Positions 61,469 through 64,000 of a stretch of 64,000 nucleotides of DNA are shown one piece after another. The stretch comes from Anthoceros angustus. Its lineage: Eukaryota; Plantae; Anthocerotophyta. Location: contig VJWM01000197.1 of the NCBI GenBank assembly GCA_010909165.1, positions 186,001 through 250,000 of the forward strand. Reading direction: 5' to 3'. The position numbers were made by a program, and so were the translations under genes. Below the pieces are notes generated by a model. That model worked only from the letters and a program-made list of their open reading frames with translations. It searched no databases and was not told the DNA's origin. How positions within the stretch are numbered: the first letter of the stretch is position 1; each line of letters begins with the position of its first letter.

Positions 61469-61945
61469 AAAGATCGTGTCCACTCTACTTGCTCAACTGC
61501 AAGGGCTAGAGATCCTTGATGTCCTTTCTGTAGGACAACATCATCAGCAAGGCAGCTTGATACCATCTAGACTAGACAAGACTTAGATTAGAAAACACTT
61601 AGATTAGACAACACTTATCAAGACAGCTTGATTGTAGATTACACCCGTGTTGTCAGGGAAGCTTGATTCCAGATTTCGGGCTGAGGAATTGTATCACTAT
61701 CCACTATTCCCACACCAGTGAAATCTTCACAGGCTGGGCTAAAACTCTCATATCTGGTGCCCGAACACTATGACGCGTAAGATGTGCGCAAAGAAACGAG
61801 GGGAGGGCAAAGGGGAACTAACAAAACCAGTTGCAAACAATGAGAGGCGAAATTCTTGTCGCAAGACCGAGTCAATATGCGGCCAGTCACTGTGCAAAAC
61901 AAAAAGAAAGAGTAAACACCAGATCCAGTGACGCAAAAGGAGCAA

Positions 61946-63319
61946 TCAGTTTAGGCCTCGCTCATTGCATACCTCAAGAGACTTTTTTGCTTCTGGATCA
62001 AACGTTTTGCACAGAATCTCATAACTTGCCTCTTGCCTTGTCTGTGCACCCGAACATCAGATGGAATATAAAGGTCAGCTGTGATGGTCCAAAGCAACCA
62101 ACTGGATCCTGAACAGACCAACTTACACCATGTTGTTGCTTCAGCATACCAGTGGATCTGCCCTGGATGGAGAAATGCTCGAAATGACAAACCTGCAACC
62201 AGGAGAAGATAGCTCTCAAAGCCTTCCTGGCACAAACAGCAGGGGGCACGACCCTTGGGTTGATCATTTCAAGCACCTTAACTTCCCAGTGTAAAACTTC
62301 ATTGCTGCAATGTTGCGCTTCTGCACTGTGAGCAGGATGCATTTAAGGTTGTTCTGCCAAACAACCTCTCTTAGAACAAGGGCCAAAACCTTGGTGAACC
62401 CATGCCACCTGTCAGATTCCTCAACAGCCATGCAGCACACCAGCACGCAGTCACACAGAAAGCGACACCAAAAGCGACCGGTGAACCACCATACCTTCCG
62501 TGCAAGAAGCTCCATGAACAACATGAGAAACTTGCCCAGCCCTCTCCCCTGCACGCTTCTCTCCAACTGCAGCTCGTACACATACAGCACAGGAACATCC
62601 CGTTCCACCACAAACCGAAAGTGCACGAAAGCCACAACGGGACCCCCATCACCCGACCACAACACCCCATTCTTGTCTCCTCCAGTCTGCTGGTCTCCAC
62701 TCTCTGTGGAGCGTTTCCGCACAACAATGTAACGAGCTTGCGGTGACACCATGTCCCGCCTTTTAATCTTCTCTTCTGCAGGCCACTCAGGCCCATAAGG
62801 GTCTGACATGTTCACCTGCTCTGCCAATGACCAAACAGAAGAGCTTCACATCACAGCCTTACATATAAAACCACCCACAAGCCTCCACGAGCACACAGCC
62901 ATACACCCATCCCCCTCACCTTCAGCAACTCCATTATGTACCGTTTAAGAGGCAAAGACAAGCCATCCCCAAATGCCATTTCCATGTGAAGATCCAGGCC
63001 TGCAACGAAGAAATATTCAACCACGCTCAGCTGTGGGTCCATCCCAGCTGTGAGCCAGCCAACATGCAAAAAGCCCCCAACTTTACCATTCCGATCGAAT
63101 TTCAGAAAGGCTGGAAACTCGGAGATCAAGTCCGGCTTGTCGTAGGCTGCCTTCACCACTGCATCCACGCTCTTCTTCCGAGCCAGCTCCTGTAGAGCCG
63201 TGGACACAAGGCACGTCACGTGAGCAATCATTCCCTGGGCTCCCGCACGTGAGCTCGGCCTGCCGTACCTCCTGCCGCTTGGACTTCTTCTCCAGCTGGT
63301 GCTGCTTCTTGCGATCCAT
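61946..63319 (-). CDS. NAA40: N-alpha-acetyltransferase 40 (NatD)-like GNAT
   Basis: FLKFDRNGLDL, VNMSDPYGPEWPAEEKIKRRDMVSPQARYI, AFVHFRF, VLYVYELQLERSVQGRGLGKFLM, ISPSRADP and SYEILCKTFD. Confidence 0.9.
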
Positions 63320-63628
63320 GGCTGGGGCCCCGGGACTCGGGATTGGAAGAAGGATGCCTGCTCGAAGGATGCTTTGAGGGGAAGGTTACAGCCATTAATC
63401 GTGATTAACTACAATATAGGTCAGTTATCGATTATGGCAAGCCCAAAGGCTTCTAGGTAAGAACGCCATCTATGTATGTACTGAACCTGTGATGGATAGC
63501 TCTGCTTTTCGATGTTTGTTGAAGGCATGTTTTGAGGCGAAGGTGAAGGATACAGGTATGGATTAGTGGCAGTGCAGGGCTTGCTCAAGGCAAAGCCAGG
63601 CAAGTCCATGGCGTGAGCAGCTGGAGCT
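63320..63628. promoter_or_regulatory. Putative bidirectional promoter (NAA40 / SWC4)
   Basis: Divergent ATGs about 310 bp apart. Confidence 0.45.
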
Positions 63629-64000
63629 ATGGCGGATGCGCGGGACATCTTGGGGCTGCCCAAGGCAGCGGGGGCGAGCAAGGACATACTTGGAGGGAGC
63701 GGGGAGAAGAAGAGCAAGGCCAGCAAGGAGGCGGCGAAGAAACCCGATGGCGTGCCGCGGGAGGTGTACATGCTCACTGGGGGGCTGCCCCCGGCCATGC
63801 CGACCATGGACCTGGCCAGCCTGAGGAAGAGGCAGGCTGCGTCCAGCAAGAAGGTGGGATGGAGATGGCATCCGTTCACCAGCTCCGCGAGGAGCGACAA
63901 CCTGCAGCTGCACCACTGGGTCAGGCTGGTGGACGCAGCTCCCCCCACGGGGGACTATGCCTTCGCCAAGTACAACAAGGCGGTGGAGGTGGTGCGCTAC
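63629..64000 (+). CDS. SWC4: SWC4/DMAP1 (NuA4/SWR1 subunit), 5' partial
   Basis: MADARDILGLP...KPDGVPREVYMLTGG...WHPFTSSARSDNLQLHHWVR...GDYAFAKYNKAVEVVRY; runs off the window end. Confidence 0.95.
   Translation, partial: MADARDILGLPKAAGASKDILGGSGEKKSKASKEAAKKPDGVPREVYMLTGGLPPAMPTMDLASLRKRQAASSKKVGWRWHPFTSSARSDNLQLHHWVRLVDAAPPTGDYAFAKYNKAVEVVRY

Noticed and set aside
63421-63948. 175-aa minus-strand ORF
   Set aside because: Antisense shadow of the GC-rich SWC4 coding sequence.

Overview
Eukaryotic nuclear DNA from a compact, gene-dense seed-free land plant genome. Hornwort or fern/lycophyte is inferred from short GT-AG introns, a PLS-class PPR gene with long-L-type motifs and an ancient-clade WOX. 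No rRNA, tRNA or CRISPR is supported. Recognisable genes, in order: ZRSR2/U2AF35-related splicing factor, MEE59-like, spinster-type MFS transporter, BZW/eIF5-mimic, S40/DUF584 (frameshifted), purple acid phosphatase, intronless WOX13-like, MAMYB, F-box/LRR (At3g58530-like), RNA Pol III RPC6, PLS-E(+) PPR, three-finger C2H2 ZAT-like, a ~14.2 kb gene for an unnamed giant (~3,500 aa) protein with repeated Ig/ASH-like modules, NAA40-like acetyltransferase, and the 5' part of SWC4/DMAP1. Repeat-derived DNA lies mostly at 7.5-10.7 kb, 14-21.5 kb and 29.7-32.4 kb. It includes chromovirus LTR remnants carrying an intact hAT MITE (18-bp TIR, 8-bp TSD), LINE and Gypsy fragments, a CRE/R2-like 3' fragment and a decayed PPR. 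The best candidate for an undescribed system is the giant multi-Ig protein. Exon boundaries were read by eye and family assignments come from recalled motif knowledge, not database searches.
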